NCBI GenBank assembly: GCA_951406725.2
Contig: OX597821.1
Coordinates: 12,772,001 to 12,836,000 of the forward strand
Direction of reading: 5' to 3'
From: Octopus vulgaris
Taxonomy: Eukaryota
Length of the DNA stretch: 64,000 nt
This document shows, in pieces, positions 53,044-64,000 of this stretch. How positions within the stretch are numbered: position 1 is the first letter of the stretch; each line of letters begins with the position of its first letter. Made by a program: the position numbers and the translations under genes. A model generated the notes under the pieces. It did no database searches. It was not told the DNA's origin and saw only the letters and a program-made list of their open reading frames with translations.

Positions 53044-53601
53044 TTAAGTGTATGCGTATATAGATATGTGTATGGGTTTATAAATATCGTGTGTGTGTGT
53101 ATGCGCGTACCTATGCGTATGCATGTATACGGGTGTGTACCTGTGTCTGTGTCTGTGTGAGCATAGGCAGGGCAAAGTAAGTATCCCACAGGTCCCCCTC
53201 TTTTGACTCACATGCAGTTTAACATACCAATCATCTAACACATTTAGAGAAATAGATAAGTAAATCTTCCATTTTCAACTATGGTTCGTTAAACTCTGGT
53301 TTACATATCCACATCTTTAGCAAGTTAATTCTGTTAAGTAACTCTAATTTAGAAGCAATTGCCTTCTGGCAATAAATTTGCTCCGTAGGTATCTTCCAGC
53401 ATAAAACAATTTCATCTAAACCTTGTTTGTTTCTTTCTTGACGGATTTCTTTTTTTATACCAATTTGCTTCTCATGTCATTTATTCATTTTTGAATGATT
53501 GAAACGCATGTACTTTACCTAGAACTGAATAACTCGTTCCTAGAGTGTTAGATTACCAAATTTCAACTGAAACCATTTGTTGTGTTCTCTTCGTCATTTC
53601 A

Positions 53602-53671
<70 letters not shown>

Positions 53672-54170
53672 GCGAAGCTAATAAGTCTTTAAAAACCTGT
53701 GATAAGTCTGTGCATCATCCTCCTCATATCTCTGGAAATTTAAATCTACACTATGGATTCATTCATCTTCTCTTCGAAACTAATAAGCTTTTTAAAAATC
53801 TGTGATAAGACTGTGCATCATCATTAAGGAACTTTGGAAAACTGTTTACAACCTATATCTGCCTCTAATGGAACTATCTCCAATATTTCATGAGTATAAC
53901 CTCACCCACTAAGATGTCTAGAGAGCTCAAATGTATTTTAGCTGATGAGTACGGGATACTTTTATCTGCTGCAATTTTTGCAACTTGTAATAAAGCCTGT
54001 CTTTGTATGAAACAATTGTCCTAAAAACTAATCCATTCTTGTTGCTTCTTTCTCGTTTATAATCACCCCACATTACTGTATGGATAACACCATATAGTTT
54101 TTCTGGTGCATCTAAGTTAAGTACCACATTCAAGTAAATTCATTGGAATTTACTTGAATCTTAATTGCTT

Positions 54171-54233
<63 letters not shown>

Positions 54234-54239
54234 TGTATG

Positions 54240-54497
54240 TTCATTCTCGAGACATGCTTGGCTCATAGGGCCGGTTTTCCGACTTCCTTCGCGTATAGGT
54301 TCCCTACCTGAACGGGACACCGGTCCATCGGAGGTGAGCGGCAAGATGCAGGAGGAAAAAGGGAGAAAAAGTTGTGGCGAAAATGTCAGCAGAAGTACGC
54401 CATTACATTCTGCCGGAGGCGCGTGGAGCTTAGGTGTTTCGCTCATAAACATACACATCGCCCGGTCTGAGATTCGAACCCGCGAGTCCGCTGCCTC
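54240..54497 (-). mobile_element. Probable tRNA-derived SINE (family D), head partly deleted
   Basis: GC-rich island between microsatellites; minus strand B-box GGTTCGAATCTC near its 5' end. Confidence 0.55.
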
Positions 54498-54538
<41 letters not shown>

Positions 54539-54573
54539 GTGTGTGTGTGGTATATATATATATTATATATATA

Positions 54574-54968
54574 TCTTTATATATTAAAAGTAAGGTTGTG
54601 TGCTGTCTGTCTCCTACGATTTAGATTCCTAACTACTCCCACATTTTGCGGTGCACTGTAACCAAAACCGGGTATCTTATAGTCGTGATTCATATCGAGC
54701 CCTTCTGGGTATTAGCGCTCGTCTACGATGTGTCTACGATTTAAAAAAAAAATTACCATCTATTTTTCACATTTTTAATGCATTTTTGGCATATATAAGA
54801 GAAGTAGCTCTCTAAAAATGTATTATTAAATCTCAAAACGTAAAAAGTTACGGTAACACTCCCCTTTGTAGTTAGCCATGTTGAGATGGCTATTATACTT
54901 TACATCTCTAAAAATGCTTATATAGTTATTTCCCTTAGAAACTGAGTAATGCCGGGCGATACTACTAG
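54574..54968 (+). mobile_element. Non-autonomous Helitron-like element, apparently complete
   Basis: A|TCTTTATATATTAAAAG...GCCGGGCGATACTACTAG|T: 5' TC, 3' CTAG, AT target, no TSD. Confidence 0.75.
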
Positions 54969-54976
54969 TATATATA

Positions 54977-55106
54977 CAGGGTGTCCCAAAAAAATGTATA
55001 CACACCTTAAATAATTGTAAATTTGTTATTCTTTGTAAGCCTAGTACTTATTCTATCGTTCTCTTTTGCCGAACCACTATGTGTATACATTTTTTGGGAC
55101 ACCCTG
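54977..55106. mobile_element. Tc1/mariner-type MITE
   Basis: ~28-bp TIRs CAGGGTGTCCCAAAAAA(A)TGTATACACA, flanked by TA. Confidence 0.85.
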
Positions 55107-55717
55107 TATATATATATATAATTTAACTTTTGAACTTTTTAATTATTTTAAACTGACTTTATTACATTTTGAGTATCTGTATGTTATTTTCACCATATAT
55201 AATTTTGTAATTTTCTTTTAGCTTTCACAAGATATCTACGAACTGCCCATTTCGGTGTTTTATTAGGATAGTGAGTTCAGAATGCAAGTAACCCGAGGTA
55301 ATTTGCTTGCAAAGCATCCAAAAACATGCAATTTGTGACTAGTTAAAATAAAGCAATTTTCGTCTGCAAAAGAGAACGTTATATAGTGGCTCTCAGATTA
55401 CACAGCACAATAGCAGCAAACCAAGTGAGTTGATTCTAAGTGGTCGTTGGTCTGTTAGTAAAAGCATCCAAATATTATCAAATTATGACCCAATATCTTA
55501 AAGAAATGGTGACATTTTGCTTAATGTAGTTCTAAATAAACGCAAAAATAATTGCGATCTATAAAGATAGACCTGGTGCTGAATAAAACAATCAACAACC
55601 ACAAAGTGAAATCAAAATTGTGGTATGTAAATTACGATCGATATATAAATGAACAAGAAAATGTGAAGTACGTAAATGGATCTTCGTCGATTTCCACGAT
55701 GTAGATTTAGTTAAATT

Positions 55718-56024
55718 CACTCCGTCGGTAACGACGACGCGGGTTCCAGTTGATCCGATCAACGGAACGGACTTCTCTTGAAATTAACGTGCAAGTGACT
55801 AAGCATTCCACAGACATGTGTATGTATCCTTAACGTAGTTCTCGGTGGTGACTCAGCGTGACACAAAGTGAGACAAGGCTGGCACTTTCAAATAAAGGTA
55901 TTATTCATATTTTGCCAGCTGAGTGGACTGGAAAATATGAAATATAATGTCTTGCTCAAGGAAAACAGAGACCCGAAGGGAATAGAAATCACGATTCGTA
56001 GCCGAATGTTCTAATCACTAAACC
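55718..56024 (-). mobile_element. Diverged SINE family C
   Basis: CACTCCGTCGGT.ACGACGAC...CAGCGTGACACA...TTTGCCAGCTGAGTGGACTGG colinear with 38683-38994. Confidence 0.8.
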
Positions 56025-56072
56025 ATATTATTATTATTGTTAATTATTATTATAATTATTATTATTATTATT

Positions 56073-56625
56073 GAGTGAAAGGGCAGTGCATGCCATCAAA
56101 GTGACACTGGGGTATATATACGAAGCCCAGTATACCCATCATGACTACCCGTCTGATAAAGGTACACCAGGCACATGCAATACAACCATGTGTGCGCGAC
56201 ATGGTGATCTCATATCAAGATAAACAGCACATGACCTTGCAGATGGGGCCCAGTTAGAATTTTCTTCTGGTCGAGTAGCCCATTCCGCTCAAAAGGTCCC
56301 TGGATAAGGGTTGGTTAAGGATGTTGAACAAAACACCCATGTTCCCAGAGGTGATTTATTCAAACCCCAAAGAATCCCTCTTAACACATGCCTATGATGC
56401 TCCACCACTACTTCTGCCCGTGATCAGAGATGCACATATCGTCAACCACTAAGGGACATACTCAACTGATTTAAGGTCAAACAACTCACAAGCAAGTCTG
56501 TGGTATTGAGCAGAATATTTACTGTAGCCCATCTTTTATACCAAGGCAAAACAATGTACACGATAACACTTACAATCAGTTCAGATCAGAAGTCATGACA
56601 GCCACTGCCTGGTACTGCATCAGGG

Positions 56626-56627
<2 letters not shown>
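56073..56627. mobile_element. ~555-bp non-coding element inserted in an (ATT)n tract
   Basis: GC-richer unique segment with sharp borders and (ATT)n on both sides; no ORF. Confidence 0.55.
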
Positions 56628-56697
<70 letters not shown>

Positions 56698-56747
56698 CAT
56701 TATTATTATTATTAGTGGTGGTGGTGGCGGTAGCTGTAGTAGTAGTG

Positions 56748-56860
<113 letters not shown>

Positions 56861-57524
56861 TTCAGCAATACAATTATTAACAGCAGCAGTGGTAATTTCA
56901 AAGGGTTTCATGTAATTTCCGCCTGTGAACTTCAAACTGATTTACCAAGCAAGTTGTCATGTTTAGTAAGTTGGAGAATGAAAAATATGCGTATGCAAAA
57001 GATATTACCGTGATCACGTGGCCAAAATCCAGAAACCTTGCAGATATCCATTATAACTTGACTCAGTTACTTCCTTTAAAACCAGTAGGAAAAATATTAC
57101 TAAGACCTTGCACACTACTCCAACTCCAGCATCAACATCACCACCTGTACCACAACTAACACCGATACCATCGACACAGAAATATATACACTACTACAAT
57201 TGCACAATACGACTTTATTGAATCAGTCCGCCATTTTAGCAGATCTACTGTTACACTAACTCAATTAGCTTTCCGTTGCTAACTGAAAAACCTTTAAGCA
57301 TTACGCTAGTTTGTTTCCCTGCAATATTGCCACTGGTTACAGCATTTTCCTGTTTTCTATTTGTTTTTCGCATAACATCCGTTTTCGTCAAGATTTCGTT
57401 TTCCTCCATACTCTTACCTTCTCTCCTTTTCTCTTTCAATCTCTCTCTCCTTCTCTCTCTCTTTACACACATGCAGACAGAGAGGAAAACAGACAGAAAA
57501 ACAGAGAGACTGACAGACAGACAG

Positions 57525-57563
57525 ATAAATAGATAGACCGATAGATAGATAGATAGATAGATG

Positions 57564-57618
<55 letters not shown>

Positions 57619-57620
57619 GG

Positions 57621-57698
<78 letters not shown>

Positions 57699-57720
57699 GG
57701 ATAGATAGATAGATAGATAA
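57525..57720. repeat. (GATA)n microsatellite
   Basis: Seen directly; another tract at 24897-24970. Confidence 0.95.
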
Positions 57721-57838
57721 ATATATACATATAGATACATATACACACAGTGAAGCATGTCCATATACTTATGGATGTATATATATGTTCATACATGTAT
57801 TTTATATGTATGTATAAATGTATACACAGACACATAAA

Positions 57839-57923
<85 letters not shown>

Positions 57924-58475
57924 ATAGGGATATAGGGAGAGAATGATATATACGTGTGTGTGTGTGTGTTTATGTCTGTGTGTAGGTAGACACATACATA
58001 GATAGATAGTTAGATAAGTGTACATAATGCATGCATGTAAGCAGGCATGTATGTATGTATGTATGTTTGCATGCAACTATACATGTATACATACAACTAT
58101 GCATGTACACATAAAGATGACAAGTAACACAACAATATATCAAGAGCAACAGAAAATCGTACACGCTGATTAGGTAAAATATCCAATTAGACTGAAATTA
58201 ATTTATTTAATGTAAAAACGTTACACACTCACACACACCTCCTGACAATCTGATGCACACATATACACATATACACATACACATAAAAGAAATAATCATG
58301 TGCTGCTCAGTAGATGCCATAACTTTCACCATATATTTATAAAAAATTAGATGGTGTTCTCTGTTATATGTATGTACTTCTGAGTCTGTATATATACCTC
58401 CATATATACTTATATCTATATGTATATATTCATATATGTATAGTTCTTCGTATATACATATATATCACCATGCAT

Positions 58476-58623
58476 GATCGCTAAATCCACAAGTTTTTTT
58501 TTATTCCCTCACTTTTTATTTGCTTTTATTCTATTCTCTTGAAGAGCGAAGGCTCCAAACGTAAAAGACTTTCTCACTTTCCCGAGCGTCAAACTAATAC
58601 ACCTGTCTTTTTTCTGTAAATTT

Positions 58624-58627
<4 letters not shown>
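58476..58627 (+). mobile_element. Short TA-associated repeat with minimal hammerhead-like motif
   Basis: TTGAA-GAGC gaag GCTC-CAAAC-GTA-AAAG; homologous to 11181 and 15290; followed by (TA)n. Confidence 0.65.
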
Positions 58628-58670
<43 letters not shown>

Positions 58671-58673
58671 ACG

Positions 58674-58817
<144 letters not shown>

Positions 58818-60398
58818 TATCTATTCATATATGTGTCTGTCTGTCACTCTAGCTATATGCTACAGCATGAAGTACAAGTAGCTTTAATACAAGAAGGTAA
58901 ATAATATGTAGAGAGACCAGTTAGAAAAGCAATAGTCGTGCAACCGCATCTGGTCGTCCAGAAAACCCTGTGGTTTAGTAGTTTTTTAAAGGCATAGAAT
59001 ATAATCTTGATCAAATTTAAAATCCCGTGGATGGTCGGATAAAATGAAGATATTAACTGAAATAGATCCAAGGGCCAAAACATTTTAGGTCTGCGGGGAG
59101 TAGATATTTTCATATTAGGGAGGCGGCAGAGGACACATTACACAGATTGAAGTGTGAATGCGTTAGCTAATAGAATAAAAGCGTATAAATGGCAGCTGTG
59201 CACAGAACGGAAGAGACAGAGACAGAAAATGGACTGTTGGTTTGCAGCAAAAATAAGGGTTAAACTACAAGAAAGATTAGTAATGGATTGGTTATCACTA
59301 TCAAGTAAGAAGTAGATATGTACTACGGTTCACTATCAAGAGCTGATCAGTATCTGTAGGTATCATTTCTTCCTGGTCCACGCTACATTCACCAAAGATG
59401 GATGAAGGAGATGCATCTGCTTTTAGATAAAACTTAATGCAAACTCTGCCACAGTAAAACTTATAATTCGTTGTGCTTTATTTATTTTTAGAACAAATTA
59501 CGAACAATCGCGTTAAAATGCTTCAATTTGAGTACTTTTAGACGCAGAACGGCGTACTTCAAAACACTGTAAGCAAGTTCGCATTTCGAAACCTTCAAAA
59601 TTAAGAATTATTGTGATTTTCATACCAGCATAATACAAACAATTGTCGCAATTTCTGACGATAAAGAAAGCTACGAGAGTGGGCAGAACTCACATATATA
59701 TACAGATATATAACGTCAAATACATATAAAAATTAAGACCAGTTATTTATAGTTTATGCACATGAACACACAAATGCACATACGCACAAACTAAAAGAAT
59801 TCTCAAATATATATAAAATGACAGAAGCAATAAGACGATATATGGAAAACCTAACATACTTACACATGAACCGTAGAAATGATTAAAGTCTAAGACAATA
59901 TAAATTGCCTATCGGCCGCACTGCACTGGTGAGTACGCAATATAAATTTACATATATCCATGTACTGTGTGCGCGATAAGTGAACCGAGATATGGCAAGG
60001 GATTATTGTAAAGACATTATTGAAACTCATAAACAGTAATAGTTTCCACGAACTTCCTTTCCCCATGGAAGAAAGTTCTCTTCTTACGCTCGGCCTTAAT
60101 CTCTTCTTCCTTTACCTCCTCTTCTATGTATGTAAATAAGTAACTATGTATATGCATACAAACACGCACACACACACACGCATATCAATTTCTATGTATA
60201 TGTATATATACATAGCTACTAGATAGATATGTGTATGGTTATGTGTATATATATATATATATATACATTGAGAGAAGAAAGAGATGGACGCTTCAATTCT
60301 ATGCTGCTGCCGCATTATGTCGTACGTGAATGAGAGGATTTGCATCCCCAACCAAGAATTTTTGATGTAACACACGTCCTTGTGGAAGCTGTTGTGCG

Positions 60399-60474
60399 CG
60401 GCTGAAGAAGGCCTAAGACATACATTATGCATTGTTATAAATCTGTCTAATAAAGGCCCGAAACATATATACTG
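60399..60474 (+). ncRNA. Slightly decayed type-I hammerhead motif
   Basis: CGG-CTGAAGA-AGGCCT..AGACA...TGTCT..AGGCCC-GAAA-CATATA-TA-CTG. Confidence 0.6.
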
Positions 60475-60510
60475 AATCCTTCGCATCATGTTTTTATTTT
60501 ATTTTGATCA

Positions 60511-60608
<98 letters not shown>

Positions 60609-61273
60609 ACTGGTCTCTATAGATGCCAATAACATCGTTACACTGCTTGTATACATAAATTTTTTTCTTATTTCGTTTTTTTCCCCACCCCTCCTTCGTT
60701 CCTTTTTTCTCTCTTTCCCTTTCTTTCGTTCCCCCTCCTTGCTCAGTATATGAGAATTGCTACATAGATGAATTTTAGCTTGCGTGCGAGACGGTTTGCG
60801 TGAATATATGTACACATGCTTTTATGTGTATTTAGATTTATATTCATACGTCTGTATATGTATGCATGGCGTTTACGCGCATCCTTTTGTGTATGTTGAT
60901 ATATATATATGTAGATTTTAATATAAATATGTATTGCAGTATTTATAACAGGTTTAATTTCTATGCATTAATTTGCACTGTCTTCATTAACGTCAATATG
61001 TTTTTTCCTCGGATTTTATAATTTTTATAAGTTTTTTATATATATATACATATATTTTTGACCTTTTTGTTTATCGCTCGAAGATTGACCGTTTTTTCTA
61101 AAGGGCCAATCAAACAAGTCCATTTCTTTTTAAAGGTGTAGCGTTTGTAAGAGTATAGATTGAATTGATATATCAGTTCCATTCTAGCAAAAACTGTCTG
61201 ATGAACGGCAACGAGAAACTCAGAGTAACAGATTTTGTTGAATTTTCTGCTGCTTAAAATAAAGTATATATAT

Positions 61274-61305
<32 letters not shown>

Positions 61306-61308
<3 letters not shown>

Positions 61309-62183
61309 GAGGGTACTATTATTCATAGGTACCGCACGCTAGGAGGGACTTTTGCAGTCAAAACTACTAAAATAAACAAATTGTACCGAATGAAAAACTT
61401 CAAAGCAAGTCATTTAAAAACAGAATGTAGTTACATATCACCTGTGATTTCGAAATCAATGCAGAATATGCCTTCTATGCTCTTCAGTGCAGCGAACTCA
61501 AAATAAAACACAACATTACAAACCCGACAGCCAACCGTAGAATTCGCCGCACCATGTACGAATGTTTATCTTTACATATCTATGAAAATGGCGGGCTTAT
61601 TCGCAATGCATTTCGGTAACAACTTGCCTGCTCAGAACAAAAATTCAGTATTGAACTATTCCGGTGAAAAATATAAATTTAAAATTAAGGATAAAATATT
61701 TATAAGAAATTATCAGTAGTTAGCGTGAAAAACCTCGTAAGAGAAAACATCTGTAAATTTTTCCAATTTGAAAATATTTATTTATATTATATAGAGGGTA
61801 CTATATTATTCATAGGTACCGCACGCTAGGCGAATTCTACGGTTGGCTGTCGGGTTTGTAATGTTGTGTTTTTTCTTATATGTCTTGAGTTCGTGGCACT
61901 GAAGAGCATATAATGCATATTCTGCATTGATTGCGAAATCACAGGTGATATGTAACTAAATTCTGTTTTTAAATGACTTGCTTTGAAGTTTTGCATTCGG
62001 TACAATTTGTTTATTTTAGTAGTTTTTACTGCAAACGTCTCTCCTAGTGTGCGGTACCTATGAATAATAGTACCCTCTATATAATATAAATAAATATTTT
62101 CAAAGTGGAAACATTTACAGATTTTTTCTCTTACAAGGTTTTTCACGCTAACTACTGATTATTTCTTATAAAATCCTTAATTT

Positions 62184-62187
<4 letters not shown>
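61306..62187. mobile_element. Partial-tandem plus inverted repeat element with two hammerhead motifs, in (TA)n
   Basis: Unit 61306-61790 restarts at 61791 (ATAGAGGGTACTA); 61829-62187 is an inverted copy; HHR motifs at 61431-61492 (-) and 61894-61955 (+). Confidence 0.75.
61894..61955 (+). ncRNA. Type-I hammerhead ribozyme motif
   Basis: GCA-CTGAAGA-GCA tat AATGCA tattc TGCATT gat TGC-GAAA-TCAC ag GTGA-TA-TGT. Confidence 0.75.
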
Positions 62188-62257
<70 letters not shown>

Positions 62258-62269
62258 TATATATATAAA

Positions 62270-62989
62270 TATAAAATTAAATAAGGGTAGATATTAATCA
62301 ATTAAAACCAACGGCTTAGCATATTTTAAAAAATCCGAAGATTAAAAGTTGTGTTACATACAAAATTTAGAAGACTGACAACTAAAGTGGACAGCCTATA
62401 TGCTAAAGACAGACGTCAAATCGCCATTACCACGAAGAATGTGTTCTGAAGAAAAATCTCAGCAAAAAAACAAAATGTAAAAATAAGCAAGACAAATAAA
62501 AATATACGAAATAAAAACAAGGATTACCTATGTACCATTGGTTTCACTCGTTAATATTTACGCATATGAACACGCAAATATCTGCAAGACCGTGAGCATA
62601 GCCTGTCGTTTACAAAACATAATTTCCAGAACTAGATACAGAACACCAAAGTGAAGGCATTTGAAAGATACACCTAAATACAATTTGTAGAACATTATAC
62701 ATATTGGATTTGGGTTGAGCGTTCTGTAAGTAGTTCTGGAAATTATGTTTTGTAAACGACAGACTATGCTGACGATCTTGCAGATATTTGCGTCTCCATA
62801 TAGTTAAATGTTAACAGGTGAAACCAATGGTACATAGGTAAACGTATTTTCTTATTTCGTATATTTTCATTTGTCTTGCTTATTTTTACATTTTGGTCTT
62901 TTGGTGAGAATTTTCTTCGTGGTAACCGCGATTTGACGTCTATGTTTATCATATAGGCTGTCCACTTTAGCGGTCAGTTCTCTAAATTT

Positions 62990-62993
<4 letters not shown>
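62270..62993. mobile_element. Head-to-head inverted element (arms 62359-62634 and 62731-62993) with hammerhead motifs, in (TA)n
   Basis: Arms are diverged reverse complements around a ~95-bp spacer; (TA)n on both sides. Confidence 0.8.
62764..62837 (+). ncRNA. Type-I hammerhead ribozyme motif
   Basis: CTATG-CTGACGA-stem II-GAAA-CCA A TGG-TA-CATAG: perfect 5-bp stem I, palindromic stem III, GTA triplet; first stem II pair is T.T. Confidence 0.72.
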
Positions 62994-63044
<51 letters not shown>

Positions 63045-63090
63045 CAATAATAAATCTCTGAACGAGATGTAAACAGTAACCGCTCGACAA

Positions 63091-63223
63091 CGTAAAGTAT
63101 ACTAGCCATCTCAATATGGCTAACCATTAAGGGTGGCAGTTACTGTACGACTCCTGGGGCTAAAAGCTACAGTAACACCCACCCTTAGTGGTTAGCCATG
63201 TTGAGATGGTTAGTATACTTTAC
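63091..63223. repeat. Inverted repeat of a Helitron-internal segment
   Basis: CGTAAAGTATACTAGCCATCTCAATATGGCTAACCA / TGGTTAGCCATGTTGAGATGGTTAGTATACTTTACG; same sequence at 54843-54903. Confidence 0.8.
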
Positions 63224-63227
63224 GTTA

Positions 63228-63303
<76 letters not shown>

Positions 63304-63567
63304 TACATGCATGTGTGTGGAGTTATAATAAAAATGCAGTGAATATCTTCTTTCATGAAATTACTCTCCATCTATGTATTATATTTGTATGCAAACAACT
63401 ATATTGATGTAATTCTGATTGGAAATATTTTGCAGAAAGGCGTCTCAATATTTAAGAAATGATATTATCGATGTAAATATAATTTTTGTGCTTGGTGGTA
63501 AGACAGAGATTTATTTCGCTGGCATTGAGAAAGAATAATGAGACTGGTATCCGTTTCTCTCCATTTT

Positions 63568-63874
63568 GGTAGTAATAGTAGTAGTAGTTGTAGTAGAGGT
63601 GGTGGTGGTGGTTGTGGTATTAGTAGTTGTGGTGGTGGTGGGTGTGGTAGTAGTAGTACTTGTAGTAGTAGTAGTAGTTATGGTGGTGTTGGCGGTGGTG
63701 GTGATGGTGGTAGTAGTAGTAGTTGTGGAGATGGAGATGGTTGCTGTGTGATAGTAGTAGTAATATTAGTGTTAGTAATAGATGCTGTAGTAGTGGTGGT
63801 GGTGGTGGCTCTGGTTGGGGGGAATAGTTGTGGTTGTAGTAGTAGTGGTTGTGGTGATGGTGACTTGGGTTTTT

Positions 63875-63947
<73 letters not shown>

Positions 63948-63952
63948 AAGTA
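63568..63952. repeat. Compound (GTA)n/(GTG)n microsatellite
   Basis: Seen directly. Confidence 0.95.
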
Positions 63953-64000
63953 GTTACACCACCACCTCCAGCTGTACCTGCACCTGTGGGTGCATCAGTT

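Noticed and set aside
53672-54133. ~50-bp direct repeat and possible PLE-end remnant
   Set aside because: No recognisable catalytic or HHR core motif.

Overview
AT-rich, microsatellite-saturated eukaryotic DNA. The SINE families and (TA)n density look like an octopus (coleoid cephalopod) genome, which is an inference from recognition. No intact host gene is visible, and most ORF-track entries are microsatellite or antisense artefacts. Main content: (1) An ~8.5 kb Penelope-like retroelement (PLE) of the Naiad type (RT + C-terminal GIY-YIG, minus strand, one frameshift). It sits in a (TA)n tract, and its 3' ~2.9 kb is duplicated as an inverted arm, each arm carrying a hammerhead ribozyme (HHR) motif. 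(2) A near full-length, decayed CR1-group LINE whose ORF1 is an array of CCCH zinc fingers. (3) Many tRNA-derived SINEs of four families, non-autonomous Helitrons, a Tc1/mariner MITE, and RTE, CR1 and maT remnants. (4) A probable decayed class-A GPCR pseudogene. The most striking pattern, read by eye, is about ten short non-coding loci carrying type-I HHR motifs. Most are next to (TA)n tracts and several are head-to-head inverted pairs that mimic the large Naiad, suggesting a TA-targeted PLE/retrozyme-like system. All HHR calls are manual motif matches, and activity is untested.
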